This document shows positions 28,501 through 42,700 of a stretch of DNA of 64,000 nt, piece after piece. The stretch lies in the NCBI RefSeq assembly GCF_009914755.1, contig NC_060946.1; one strand, 5' to 3'. This DNA comes from the human T2T-CHM13v2.0 reference genome, Homo sapiens. Made by a program: the position numbers and the translations under genes. The notes beneath the pieces are model-generated. The model saw nothing but the letters and a program-made list of their open reading frames with translations, searched no databases and was not told the origin of the DNA. Positions within the stretch are counted from its first letter, which is position 1; every line of letters begins with the position of its first letter.

Positions 28501-31500
28501 AACATCACAAAGACGTTTCTGAGAATGCTTCTGTCTAGACTTGATATGAAGATATTCCCGTTTCCAACGAAATCTTCAAATCTATCCAAATGTCCACTTG
28601 CAGATTCAACAAAAAGTGTTTTTCAGAACTGCTCTATCAAAAGAAAGATCCACCTCAGTTAGCTGAGTTCACACATCACAAACAAGTTTATGAGAATGCT
28701 TCTGTCTAGTTTTTATTTGAAGATATTTCCTTTCTCACCATAGACCTGAAAGCTGTCCTAATGTTCACTTCCAGATACTACAGAAAGAGTGTTTCAAAAC
28801 TGCTGTACGAAAGGGAATGTTCAACTCTGTGACTTGAATGCACACATCACAAAGGAGTTTCTGAGGATGCTGCTGTCTACTTTTTATACGTAATCCCGTT
28901 TCCAACGAAATCCTCCAAGCTATCCAAATATCCACTTGCAGATTCCACAGAAAGACTGTTTCAAAACTACTCTGTCAATAGAAAGGTTCAACTCTGTTAG
29001 CTGCGTGCATATATCCCAAAGAAGATTCTGAGATTGCTTCTGTCTAATTTTTATGGGAAGATATTTCCCTTTTCACCGTAGGTGTCAAGGCGCTCCAAAT
29101 GTCCACTTCCAGATACTACAAAAAGAGTGTTTCAAACCTACTCTGTGAAAGGGAATATTCAACTCTGTGACTTGAATGCAGATATCACAAAGAAGTTTCT
29201 GAGAATGCTTCTGTCGAGATTTTATATGAAGATATTCCCGTTTCCAATGAAATCCTGAAATCTATCCAAATATCCCCTCGCAGATTCTACAAAAAGAGTG
29301 TTTCAAAACTGCTCTGTAAAAAGAAAGGTTCAACTCTGTTAGTTGAGTACACACATCACAAACAAGTTTCACAGAATGCTTCTTTCTAGCTTGTAGGGGA
29401 AGATATTCCCTTTATCACCATGGGCCTCAAACCGTCCGAAACGTCTACTTCCATATACTACAAAAAGAGCGTTTCAAACCTGCTCTATGAAAGGCAATGT
29501 TCAACTCTGTGACTTGAATGCAGACATCACAGATCAGTTTCTGAGAATGCTTCTGTCTAGATTTTATAGGAAGATATTCCCGTTTCCAACGAAATCTTCA
29601 CAGCTATCCAAATATGCACTTGCAGATTCTACAAAAAGAGTGTATCAAAACTGCTCTGTCAAAAGGAAGGTTCTTCTCTGTTAGGTGAGTGCATACGTCA
29701 TAAAGGAGTTTCTGAGAATGTTTCTGTCTAGTGGTTATGGGAAGATATTTGCTTTTTCACCGTAGGCCTCAGAGCGCTCCAAATATCCACTTGCACATAC
29801 TACAAAAAGAGTGCTTCAAAGCTGCTCTCTGAAAGTGAATGTTCAACTCTATGAGTTGAATGCAAACATCACAAAGACGTTTCTGAGAATGCTTCTGTCT
29901 AGATTTGATATGAAGATATTCCCGTTTCCAACGACATCTTCAAATCTATCCAAATGTCCACTTGCAGATTCAACAAAACGTGTTTTTCAGAACTGCTCTA
30001 TCAAAAGAAACATCCACCTCTGTTAGCTGAGTTCACACATAACAAACAAGTTCTTGAGAATGCTTCTGTCTAGTTTTTATTTGAAAATATTTCCTTTCTC
30101 ACCATAGACCTGAAAGCTGTCCTAATGTTCACTTCCAGATACTACAGAAAGAGTGTTTCAAAACTGCTCTACGAAAGGGAATGTTCAACTCTGTGACTTG
30201 AATGCACACATCACAAAGAAGTTTCTGAGGATGCTGCTGTCTACTTTTTATACGTAATCCCGTTTCCAACGAAATCCTCCAAGCTATCCAAATATCCACT
30301 TGCAGATTCCACAGAAAGACTGTTTCAAAACTGCTCTGTCAATAGAAAGGTTCAACTCTGTTAGCTGCGTGCATATATCCCAAAGAAGATTCTGAGATTG
30401 CTTCTGTCTACTTTTTATGAGAAGATATTTCCCTTTTCACCGTAGGCGTCAAGGCGCTCCAAATGTCCACTTCCAGATACTACAAAAAGAGTGTTTCAAA
30501 CCTACTCTGTGAAAGGGAATATTCAACTCTGTGACTTGAATGCACATATCACAAAGAAGCTTCTGAGAATGCTTCTGTCGAGATTTTCTATGAAGATGTT
30601 CCCGTTTCCAACGAAATCCTGAAATCTATCCAAATATCCCCTCGCAGATTCTACAAAAAGAGTGTTTCAAAACTGCTCTGTAAAAAGAAAGGTTCAACTC
30701 TGTTAGTTGAGTACACACATCACAAACAAGTTTCACAGAATGCTTCTTTCTAGCTTGTAGGGGAAGATATTCCCTTTATCACCATGGGCCTCAAACCGTC
30801 CGAAACGTCTACTTCCATATACTACAAAAAGAGCGTTTCAAACCTGCTCTATGAAAAGCAATGTTCAACTCTGTGACTTGAATGCAGACATCACAGAGCA
30901 GTTTCTGAGAATGCTTCTGTCTAGATTTTATAGGAAGATATTCCCGTTTCCAACGAAATCTTCACAGCTATCCAAATATCCACTTGCAGATTCTACAAAA
31001 AGAGTGTATCAAAACTGCTCTGTCAAAAGGAAGGTTCTTCTCTGTTAGTTGAGTACATACGTCATAAAGGAGTTTCTGAGAATGTTTCTGTCTAGTGGTT
31101 ATGGGAAGATATTTGCTTTTTCACCTTAGGCCTCAGAGCGCTCAAAATATCCCCTTGCACATACTACAAAAAGAGTGCTTCAAAGCTGCTCTCTGAAACG
31201 GAATGTTCAACTCTATGGGTTGAATGCAAACATCACAAAGACGTTTCTGAGAATGCTTCTGTCTAGATTTGATATGAAGATATTCCCGTTTCCAAAGAAA
31301 TCTTCAAATCTATCCAAATGTCCACTTGCAGATTCAACAAAAAGTGTTTTTCAGAACTGCTCTATCAAAAGAAAGATCCACGTCTCTTAGCTGAGTTCAC
31401 ACATCACAAACAAGTTTATGAGAATGCTTCTGTCTAGTTTTTATTTGAAGATATTTCCTTTCTCACCATAGACCTGAAAGCTGTCCTAATGTTCACTTCC

Positions 31501-33750
31501 AGATACTACAGAAAGAGTGTTTCAAAACTGCTGTACGAAAGGGAATGTTCAACTCTGTGACTTGAATGCACACATCACAAAGAAGTTTCTGAGGATGCTG
31601 CTGTCTACTTTTTATACGTAATCCCGTTTCCAACGAAATCCTCCAAGCTATCCAAATATCCACTTGCAGATTCCACAGAAAGACTGTTTCAAAACTGCTC
31701 TGTCAATAGAAAGGTTCAACTCTGTTAGCTGCGTACATATATCCCAAAGAAGATTCTGAGATTGCTTCTGTCTACTTTTTATGAGAAGATATTTCCCTTT
31801 TCACCGTAGGCGTCAAGGTGCTCCAAATGTCCACTTCCAGATACTACAAAAAGAGTGTTTCAAACCTACTCTGTGAAAGGGAATATTCAACTCTGTGACT
31901 TGAATGCACATATCACAAAGAAGCTTCTGAGAATGCTTCTGTCGAGATTTTATATGAAGATATTCCCGTTTCCAACGAAATCCTGAAATCTATCCAAATA
32001 TCCCCTCACAGATTCTACAAAAAGAGTGTTTCAAAACTGCTCTGTAAAAAGAAAGGTTCAACTCTGTTAGTTGAGTACACACATCACAAACAAGTTTCAC
32101 AGAATGCTTCTTTCTAGCTTGTAGGGGAAGATATTCCCTTTATCACCATGGGCCTCAAACCGTCCGAAACGTCCACTTCCATATACTACAAAAAGAGCGT
32201 TTCAAACCTGCTCTAGGAAAGGCAATGTTCAACTCTGTGACTTGAATGCAGACATCACAGAGCAGTTTCTGAGAATGCTTCTGTCTAGATTTTATAAGAA
32301 GATATTCCCGTTTCCAACGAAATCTTCACAGCTATCCAAATATCCACTTGCAGATTCTACAAAAAGAGTGTATCAAAACTGCTCAGTCAAAAGGAAGGTT
32401 CTTCTCTGTTAGGTGAGTGCATACGTCATAAAGGAGTTTCTGAGAATGTTTCTGTCTAGTGGTTATGGGAAGATATTTGCTTTTTCACCGTAGGCCTCAG
32501 AGCGCTCAAAATATCCACTTGCACATACTACAAAAAGAGTGCCTCAAAGCTGCCCTCTGAAACGGAATGTTCAACTCTATGAGTTGAATGCCAACATCAC
32601 AAAGACGTTTCTGAGAATGCTTCTGTCTAGACTTGATATGAAGATATTCCCGTTTCCAACGAAATCTTCAAATCTATCCAAATGTCCACTTGCAGATTCA
32701 ACAAAAAGTGTTTTTCAGAACTGCTCTATCAAAAGAAAGATCCACCTCAGTTAGCTGAGTTCACACATCACAAACAAGTTTATGAGAATGCTTCTGTCTA
32801 GTTTTTATTTGAAGATATTTCCTTTCTCACCATAGACCTGAAAGCTGTCCTAATGTTCACTTCCAGATACTACAGAAAGAGTGTTTCAAAACTGCTGTAC
32901 GAAAGGGAATGTTCAACTCTGTGACTTGAATGCACACATCACAAAGAAGTTTCTGAGGATGCTGCTGTCTACTTTTTATACGTAATCCCGTTTCCAACGA
33001 AATCCTCCAAGCTATCCAAATATCCACTTGCAGATTCCACAGAAAGACTGTTTCAAAACTACTCTGTCAATAGAAAGGTTCAACTCTGTTAGCTGCGTGC
33101 ATATATCCCAAAGAAGATTCTGAGATTGCTTCTGTCTAATTTTTATGGGAAGATATTTCCCTTTTCACCGTAGGTGTCAAGGCGCTCCAAATGTCCACTT
33201 CCAGATACTACAAAAAGAGTGTTTCAAACCTACTCTGTGAAAGGGAATATTCAACTCTGTGACTTGAATGCAGATATCACAAAGAAGTTTCTGAGAATGC
33301 TTCTGTCGAGATTTTATATGAAGATATTCCCGTTTCCAATGAAATCCTGAAATCTATCCAAATATCCCCTCGCAGATTCTACAAAAAGAGTGTTTCAAAA
33401 CTGCTCTGTAAAAAGAAAGGTTCAACTCTGTTAGTTGAGTACACACATCACAAACAAGTTTCACAGAATGCTTCTTTCTAGCTTGTAGGGGAAGATATTC
33501 CCTTTATCATCATGGGCCTCAAACCGTCCGAAACGTCTACTTCCATATACTACAAAAAGAGCGTTTCAAACCTGCTCTATGAAAGGCAATGTTCAACTCT
33601 GTGACTTGAATGCAGACATCACAGATCAGTTTCTGAGAATGCTTCTGTCTAGATTTTATAGGAAGATATTCCCGTTTCCAACGAAATCTTCACAGCTATC
33701 CAAATATGCACTTGCAGATTCTACAAAAAGAGTGTATCAAAACTGCTCTG
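25530..33750. repeat. 3-HOR (4092 bp) tandem duplication
   Basis: Variants ttcttgagaa, tgccctctga, cacctcagtt, tctaattttt, gatcagttt and tatgcact each recur at +4092. Confidence 0.85.
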
Positions 33751-36700
33751 TCAAAAAGAAGGTTCTTCTCTGTTAGTTGAGGTCATACGTCATAAAGGAG
33801 TTTCTGAGAATGTTTCTGTCTAGTAGTTATGGGAAGATATTTGCTTTTTCACCTTAGGCCTCAGAGCGCTCCAAATATCCCCTTGCACATACTACAAAAA
33901 GAGTGCTTCAAAGCTGCTCTCTGGAAGGGAATGTTCAACTCTATGAGTTGAATGCAAACATCACAAAGACGTTTCTGAGAATGCTTCTGTCTAGATTTGA
34001 TATGAAGATATTCCCGTTTCCAACGAAATCTTCATATCTATCCAAATGTCCACTTGCAGATTCAACAAAAAGTGTTTTTCAAAACTGCTGTATCAAAAGA
34101 AAGATCCACGTCTGTTAGCTGAGTTCACACATCACAAACAAGTTTATGAGAATGCTTCTGTCTAGTTTTTATTTGAAGATATTTCCTTTCTCACAATAGA
34201 CCTGAAAGCTGTCCTAATGTTCACTTCCAGATACTACAGAAAGAGTGGTTCAAAACTGCTGTACGAAAGGGAATGTTCAACTCTGTGACTTGAATGCACA
34301 CATCACAAAGAAGTTTCTGAGGATGCTGCTGTCTACTTTTTATACGTAATCCCGTTTCCAACGAAATCCTCCAAGCTATCCAAATATCCACTTGCAGATT
34401 CCACAGAAAGACTGTTTCAAAACTGCTCTGTCAATAGAAAGGTTCAACTCTGTTAGCTGCGTGCATATATCCCAAAGAAGATTCTGAGATTGCTTCTGTC
34501 TACTTTTTATGAGAAGATATTTCCCTTTTCACCGTAGGCGTCAAGGCGCTCCAAATGTCCACTTCCAGATACTACAAAAAGAGTGTTTCAAACCTACTCT
34601 GTGAAAGGGAATATTCAACTCTGTGACTTGAATGCACATATCACAAAGAAGTTTCTGAGAATGCTTCTTTCGAGATTTTATATGAAGATATTCCCGTTTC
34701 CAACGAAATCCTGAAATCTATCCAAATATCCCCTCGCAGATTCTACAAAAAGAGTGTTTCAAAACTGCTCTGTAAAAAGAAAGGTTCAACTCTGTTAGTT
34801 GAGTACACACATCACAAACAAGTTTCACAGAATGCTTCTTTCTAGCTTGTAGGGGAAGATATTCCCTTTATCACCATGGGCCTCAAACCGTCTGAAACGT
34901 CCACTTCCATATACTACAAAAAGAGCGTTTCAAACCTGCTCCATGAAAGGCAATGTTCAACTCTGTGACTTGAATGCAGACATCACAGAGCAGTTTCTGA
35001 GAATGCTTCTGTCTAGATTTTATAGGAAGATATTCCCGTTTCCAACGAAATCTTCACAGCTATCCAAATATCCACTTTCAGATTCTACAAAAAGAGTGTA
35101 TCAAAAGTGCTCTGTCAAAAGGAAGGTTCTTCTCTGTTAGGTGAGTGCATACGTCATAAAGGAGTTTCTGAGAATGTTTCTGTCTAGTGGTTATGGGAAG
35201 ATATTTGCTTTTTCACCGTAGGCCTCACAGCGCTCCAAATATCCACTTGCACATACTACAAAAAGAGTGCTTCAAAGCTGCTCTCTGAAACGGAATGTTC
35301 AACTCTATGAGTTGAATGCAAACATCACAAAGACGTTTCCGAGAATGCTTCTGTCTAGATTTGATATGAAGATATTCCCGTTTCCAACGAAATCTTCAAA
35401 TCTATCCAAATGTCCACTTGCAGATTCAACAAAACGTGTTTTTCAGAACAGCTCTATCAAAAGAAAGATCCACGTCTGTTAGCTGAGTTCACACATCACA
35501 AACAAGTTTATGAGAATGCTTCTGTCTAGTTTTTATTTGAAGATATTTCCTTTCTCACCATAGACCTGAAAGCTGTCCTAATGTTCACTTCCAGATACTA
35601 CAGAAAGAGTGTTTCAAAACTGCTGTACGAAAGGGAATGTTCAACTCTGTGACTTGAATGCACACATCACAAAGAAGTTTCTGAGGATGCTGCTGTCTAC
35701 TTTTTATACGTAATCCCGTTTCCAACGAAATCCTCCAAGCTATCCAAATATCCACTTGCAGATTCCACAGAAAGACTGTTTCAAAACTGCTCTGTCAATA
35801 GAAAGGTTCAACTCTGTTAGCTGCGTGCATATATCCCAAAGAAGATTCTGAGATTGCTTCTGTCTACTTTTTATGAGAAGATATTTCCCTTTTCACCGTA
35901 GGCGTCAAGGCGCTCCAAATGTCCACTTCCAGATACTACAAAAAGAGTGTTTCAAACCTACTCTGTGAAAGGGAATATTCAACTCTGTGACTTGAATGCA
36001 CATATCACAAAGAAGCTTCTGAGAATGCTTCTGTCGAGATTTTATATGAAGATATTCCCGTTTCCAATGAAATCCTGAAATCTATCGAAATGTCCCCTCG
36101 CAGATTCTACAAAAAGAGTGTTTCAAAACTGCTCTGTAAAAAGAAAGGTTCAACTCTGTTAGTTGAGTACACACATCACAAACAAGTTTCACAGAATGCT
36201 TCTTTCTAGCTTGTAGTGGAAGATATTCCCTTTATCACCATGGGCCTCAAACCGTCCGAAACGTCTACTTCCATATACTACAAAAAGAGCGTTTCAAACC
36301 TGCTCTATGAAAGGCAATGTTCAACTCTGTGACTTGAATGCAGACATCACAGAGCAGTTTCTGAGAATGCTTCTGTCTAGATTTTATAGGAAGATATTCC
36401 CGTTTCCAACGAAATCTTCACAGCTATCCAAATATCCACTTGGAGATTCTACAAAAAGAGTGTATCAAAACTGCTCTGTCTAAAAGAAAGTTCTTCTCTG
36501 TTAGTTGAGTACATACGTCATAAAGGAGTTTCTGAGAATGTTTCTGTCTAGTGGTTATGGGAAGATATTTGCTTTTTCACCTTAGGCCTCAGAGCGCTCC
36601 AAATATCCCCTTGCACATACTACAAAAAGAATGCTTCAAAGCTGCTCTCTGAAAGGGAATGTTCAACTCTATGAGTTGAATGCAAACATCACAAAGACGT

Positions 36701-39700
36701 TTCTGAGAATGCTTCTGTCTAGATTTGATATGAAGATATTCCCGTTTCCAACGAAATCTTCATATCTATCCAAATGTCCACTTGCAGATTCAACAAAAAG
36801 TGTTTTTCAAAACTGCTGTATCAAAAGAAAGATCCACGTCTGTTAGCTGAGTTCACACATCACAAACAAGTTTATGAGAATGCTTCTGTCTAGTTTTTAT
36901 TTGAAGATATTTCCTTTCTCACCATAGACCTGAAAGCTGTCCTAATGTTCACTTCCAGATACTACAGAAAGAGTGTTTCAAAACTGCTGTACGAAAGGGA
37001 ATGTTCAACTCTGTGACTTGAATGCACACATCACAAAGAAGTTTCTGAGGATGCTGCTGTCTACTTTTTATACGTAATCCAGTTTCCAAAGAAATCCTCC
37101 AAGCTATCCAAATATCCACTTGCAGATTCCACAGAAAGACTGTTTCAAAACTGCTCTGTCAATAGAAAGGTTCAACTCTGTTAGCTGCGTGCATATATCC
37201 CAAAGAAGATTCTGAGATTGCTTCTGTCTACTTTTTATGAGAAGATATTTCCCTTTTCACCGTAGGCGTCAAGGCGCTCCAAATGTCCACTTCCAGATAC
37301 TACAAAAAGAGTGTTTCAAACCTACTCTGTGAAAGAGAATATTCAACTCTGTGACTTGAATGCACATATCACAAAGAAGTTTCAGAGAATGCTTCTGTCG
37401 AGATTTTCTATGAAGATATTCCCGTTTCCAACGAAATCCTGAAATCTATCCAAATATCCCCTCGCAGATTCTACAAAAAGAGTGTTTCAAAACTGCTCTG
37501 TAAAAAGAAAGGTTCAACTCTGTTAGTTGAGTACACACATCACAAACAAGTTTCACAGAATGCTTCTTTCTAGCTTGTAGGGGAAGATATTCCCTTTATC
37601 ACCATGGGCCTCAAACCGTCCGAAACGTCCACTTCCATATACTACAAAAAGAGCGTTTCAAACCTGCTCCATGAAAGGCAATGTTCAACTGTGTGACTTG
37701 AATGCAGACATCACAGAGCAGTTTCTGAGAATGCTTCTGTCTAGATTTTATAGGAAGATATTCCCGTTTCCAACGAAATCTTCACAGCTATCCAAATATC
37801 CACTTTCAGATTCTACAAAAAGAGTGTATCAAAAGTGCTCTGTCAAAAGGAAGGTTCTTCTCTGTTAGGTGAGTGCATACGTCATAAAGGAGTTTCTGAG
37901 AATGTTTCTGTCTAGTCGTTATGGGAAGATATTTGCTTTTTCACCGTAGGCCTCAGAGCGCTCCAAATATCCACTTACACATACTACAAAAAGAGTGCTT
38001 CAAAGCTGCTCTCTGAAACGGAATGTTCAACTCTATGAGTTGAATGAAAACATCACAAAGACGTTTCCGAGAATGCTTCTGTCTAGATTTGATATGAAGA
38101 TGTTCCCGTTTCCAACGACATCTTCAAATCTATCCAAATGTCCACTTGCAGATTCAACAAAACGTGTTTTTCAGAACTGCTCTATCAAAAGAAAGATCCA
38201 CCTCTGTTAGCTGAGTTCACACATCACAAACAAGTTTATGAGAATGCTTCTGTCTAGTTTTTATTTGAAGATATTTCCTTTCTCACCATAGACCTGAAAG
38301 CTGTCCTAATGTTCACTTCCAGATACTACAGAAAGAGTGTTTCAAAACTGCTGTACGAAAGGGAATGTTCAACTCTGTGACTTGAATGCACACATCACAA
38401 AGAAGTTTCTGAGGATGCTGCTGTCTACTTTTTGTACGTAATCCCGTTTCCAACGAAATCCTCCAAGCTATCCAAATATCCACTTGCAGATTCCACAGAA
38501 AGACTGTTTCAAAACTGCTCTGTCAATAGAAAGGTTCAACTCTGTTAGCTGCGTGCATATATCCCAAAGAAGATTCTGAGATTGCTTCTGTCTACTTTTT
38601 ATGAGAAGATATTTCCCTTTTCACTGTAGGTGTCAAGGCGCTCCAAATGTCCACTTCCACATACTACAAAAAGAGTGTTTCAAACCTACTCTGTGAAAGG
38701 GAATATTCAACTCTGTGACTTGAATGCACATATCACAAAGAAGTTTCTGAGAATGCTTCTGTCGAGATTTTATATGAAGATATTCCCGTTTCCAACGAAA
38801 TCCTGAAATCTATCGAAATATCCCCTCGCAGATTCTACAAAAAGAGTGTTTCAAAACTGCTCTGTAAAAAGAAAGGTTCAACTCTGTTAGTTGAGTACAC
38901 ACATCACAAACAAGTTTCACAGAATGCTTCTTTCTAGCTTGTAGGGGAAGATATTCCCTTTATCACCATGGGCCTCAAACCGTCCGAAACGTCCACTTCC
39001 ATATACTACAAAAAGAGGGTTTCAAACCTGCTCTAGGAAAGGCAATGTTCAACTCTGTGACTTGAATGCAGACATCACAGAGCAGTTTCTGAGAATGCTT
39101 CTGTCTAGATTTTATGGGAAGATATTCCCGTTTCCGACGAAATCTTCACAGCTATCCAAATATCCACTTGCAGATTCTACAAAAAGAGTGTATCAAAACT
39201 GCTCTGTCAAAAGGAAGGTTCTTCTCTGTTAGGTGAGTGCATACGTCATAAAGGAGTTTCTGAGAATGTTTCTGTCTAGTGGTTATGGGAAGATATTTGC
39301 TTTTTCACCGTAGGCCTCACAGCGCTCCAAATATCCACTTGCACATACTACAAAAAGAGTGCTTCAAAGCTGCTCTCTGAAACGGAATGTCCAACTCTAT
39401 GAGTTGAATGCAAACATCACAAAGACGTTTCTGAGAATGCTTCTGTCTAGATTTGATATGAAGATATTCCCGTTTCCAAAGAAATCTTCAAATCTATCCA
39501 AATGTCCACTTGCAGATTCAACAAAAAGTGTTTTTCAGAACTGCTCTATCAAAAGAAAGATCCACCTCTCTTAGCTGAGTTCACACATCACAAACAAGTT
39601 TATGAAAATGCTTCTGTCTAGTTTTTATTTGAAGATATTTCCTTTCTCACCATAGACCTGAAAGCTGTCCTAATGTTCACTTCCAGATACTACAGAAAGA

Positions 39701-42700
39701 GTGTTTCAAAACTGCTGTACGAAAGGGAATGTTCAACTCTGTGACTTGAATGCACACATCACAAAGAAGTTTCTGAGGATGCTGCTGTCTACTTTTTATA
39801 CATAATCCCGTGTCCAACGAAATCCTCCAATCTATCCAAATATCCACTTGCAGATTCCACAGAAAGACTGTTTCAAATCTGCTCAGTCAATAGAAAGGTT
39901 CAACTCTGTTAGCTGCGTGCATATATCCCAAAGAAGATTCTGAGATTGCTTCTGTCTAGTTTTTATGGGAAGATATTTCCCTTTTCACCGTAGGTGTCAA
40001 GGCGCTCCAAATGTCCACTTCCAGATACTACAAAAAGAGTGTTTCAAACCTACTCTGTGAAAGGGAATATTCAACTCTGTGACTTGAATGCAGATATCAC
40101 AAAGAAGTTTCTGAGAATGCTTCTGTCGAGATTTTATATGAAGATATTCCCGTTTCCAACGAAATCCTGAAATCTATCGAAATATCCCCTCGCAGATTCT
40201 ACAAAAAGAGTGTTTCAAAACTGCTCTGTAAAAAGAAAGGTTCAACTCTGTTAGTTGAGTACACACATCACAAACAAGTTTCACAGAATGCTTCTTTCTA
40301 GCTTGTAGGGGAAGATATTCCCTTTATCACCATGGGCCTCAAACCGTCCGAAACGTCCACTTCCATATACTACAAAAAGAGCGTTTCAAACCTGCTCTAG
40401 GAAAGGCAATGTTCAACTCTGTGACTTGAATGCAGACATCACAGAGCAGTTTCTGAGAATGCTTCTGTCTAGATTTTATAGGAAGATATTCCCGTTTCCA
40501 ACGAAATCTTCACAGCTATCCAAATATCCACTTGCAGATTCTACAAAAAGAGTGTATCAAAACTGCTCTGTCAAAAGGAAGGTTCTTCTCTGTTAGGTGA
40601 GTGCATACGTCATAAAGGAGTTTCTGAGAATGTTTCTGTCTAGTGGTTATGGGAAGATATTTGCTTTTTCACCGTAGGCCTCACAGCGCTCCAAATATCC
40701 ACTTGCACATACTACAAAAAGAGTGCTTCAAAGCTGCTCTCTGAAAGGGAATGTTCAACTCTATGAGTTGAATGCAAACATCACAAAGACGTTTCTGAGA
40801 ATGCTTCTGTCTAGATTTGATATGAAGATATTCCCGTTTCCAACGAAATCTTCAAATCTATCCAAATGTCCACTTGCAGATTCAACAAAAAGTGTTTTTC
40901 AGAACTGCTCTATCAAAAGAAAGATCCACCTCTGTTAGCTGAGTTCACACATCACAAACAAGTTTATGAAAATGCTTCTGTCTAGTTTTTATTTGAAGAT
41001 ATTTCCTTTCTCACCATAGACCTGAAAGCTGTCCTAATGTTCACTTCCAGATACTACAGAAAGAGTGTTTCAAAACTGCTGTACGAAAGGGAATGTTCAA
41101 CTCTGTGACTTGAATGCACACATCACAAAAAAGTTTCTGAGGATGCTGCTGTCTACTTTTTATACGTAATCCCGTTTCCAACGAAATCCTCCAATCTATC
41201 CAAATATCCACTTGCAGATTCCACAGAAAGACTGTTTCAAATCTGCTCAGTCAATAGAAAGGTTCAATTCTGTTAGCTGCGTGCATATATCACAAAGAAG
41301 ATTCTGAGATTGCTTCTGTCTAGTTTTTATGGGAAGATATTTCCCTTTTCACCGTAGGCGTCAAGGCGCTCCAAATATCCACTTCCAGATACTACAAAAA
41401 GAGTGTTTCAAACCTACTCTGTGAAAGGGAATATTCAACTCTGTGACTTGAATGCAGATATCACAAAGAAGTTTCTGAGAATGCTTCTGTCGAGATTTTA
41501 TATGAAGATATTCCCGTTTCCAACGAAATCCTGAAATCTATCCAAATATCCCCTCGCAGATTCTACAAAAAGAGTGTTTCAAAACTGCTCTGTAAAAAGA
41601 AAGGTTCAACTCTGTTAGTTGAGTACACACATCACAAACAAGTTTCACAGAATGCTTCTTTCTAGCTTGTAGGGGAAGATATTCCCTTTATCACCATGGG
41701 CCTCAAACCGTCCGAAACGTCAACTTCCATATACTACAAAAAGAGCGTTTCAAACCTGCTCTATGAAAGGCAATGTTCAACTCTGTGACTTGAATGCAGA
41801 CATCACAGAGCAGTTTCTGAGAATGCTTCTGTCTAGATTTTATAGGAAGATATTCCCGTTTCCAACGAAATCTTCACAGGTATCCAAATATCCACTTGCA
41901 GATTCTACAAAAAGAGTGTATCAAAACTGCTCTATCAAAAGGAAGGTTCTTCTCTGTTAGGTGAATGCATACGTCATAAAGGAGTTTCTGAGAATGTTTC
42001 TGTCTAGTGGTTATGGGATGATATTTGCTTTTTCACCTTAGGCCTCAGAGCGATCCAAATATCCACTTGCACATACTACAAAAAGAGTGCTTCAAAGCTG
42101 CTCTCTGAAAGGGAATGTTCAACTCTATGAGTTGAATGCAAACATCACAAAGACGTTTCTGAGAATGCTTCTGTCTAGATTTGATATGAAGATATTCCCG
42201 TTTCCAACGAAATCTTGAAATCTATCCAAATGTCCACTTGCAGATTCAACAAAAAGTGTTTTTCAAAACTGCTGTATCAAAAGAAAGATCCACGTCTGTT
42301 AGCTGAGTTCACACATCACAAACAAGTTTATGAGAATGCTTCTGTCTAGTTTTTATTTGAAGATATTTCCTTTCTCACCATAGACCTGAAAGCTGTCCTA
42401 ATGTTCACTTCCAGATACTACAGAAAGAGTGTTTCAAAACTGCTGTACGAAAGGGAATGTTCAACTCTGTGACTTGAATGCACACATCACAAAGAAGTTT
42501 CTGAGGATGCTGCTGTCTACTTTTTATACGTAATCCCGTTTCCAACGAAATCCTCCAAGCTATCCAAATATCCACTTGCAGATTCCACAGAAAGACTGTT
42601 TCAAAACTGCTCTGTCAATAGAAAGGTTCAACTCTGTTAGCTGCGTGCATATATCCCAAAGAAGATTCTGAGATTGCTTCTGTCTAGTTTTTATGGGAAG

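Noticed and set aside
1-33700. Exact 30,000-bp offset between similar HORs, suggesting an artificial duplication
   Set aside because: The offset is arithmetic coincidence: 22 x 1364 minus eight 1-bp deletions = 30000, and the copies differ at multiple sites.
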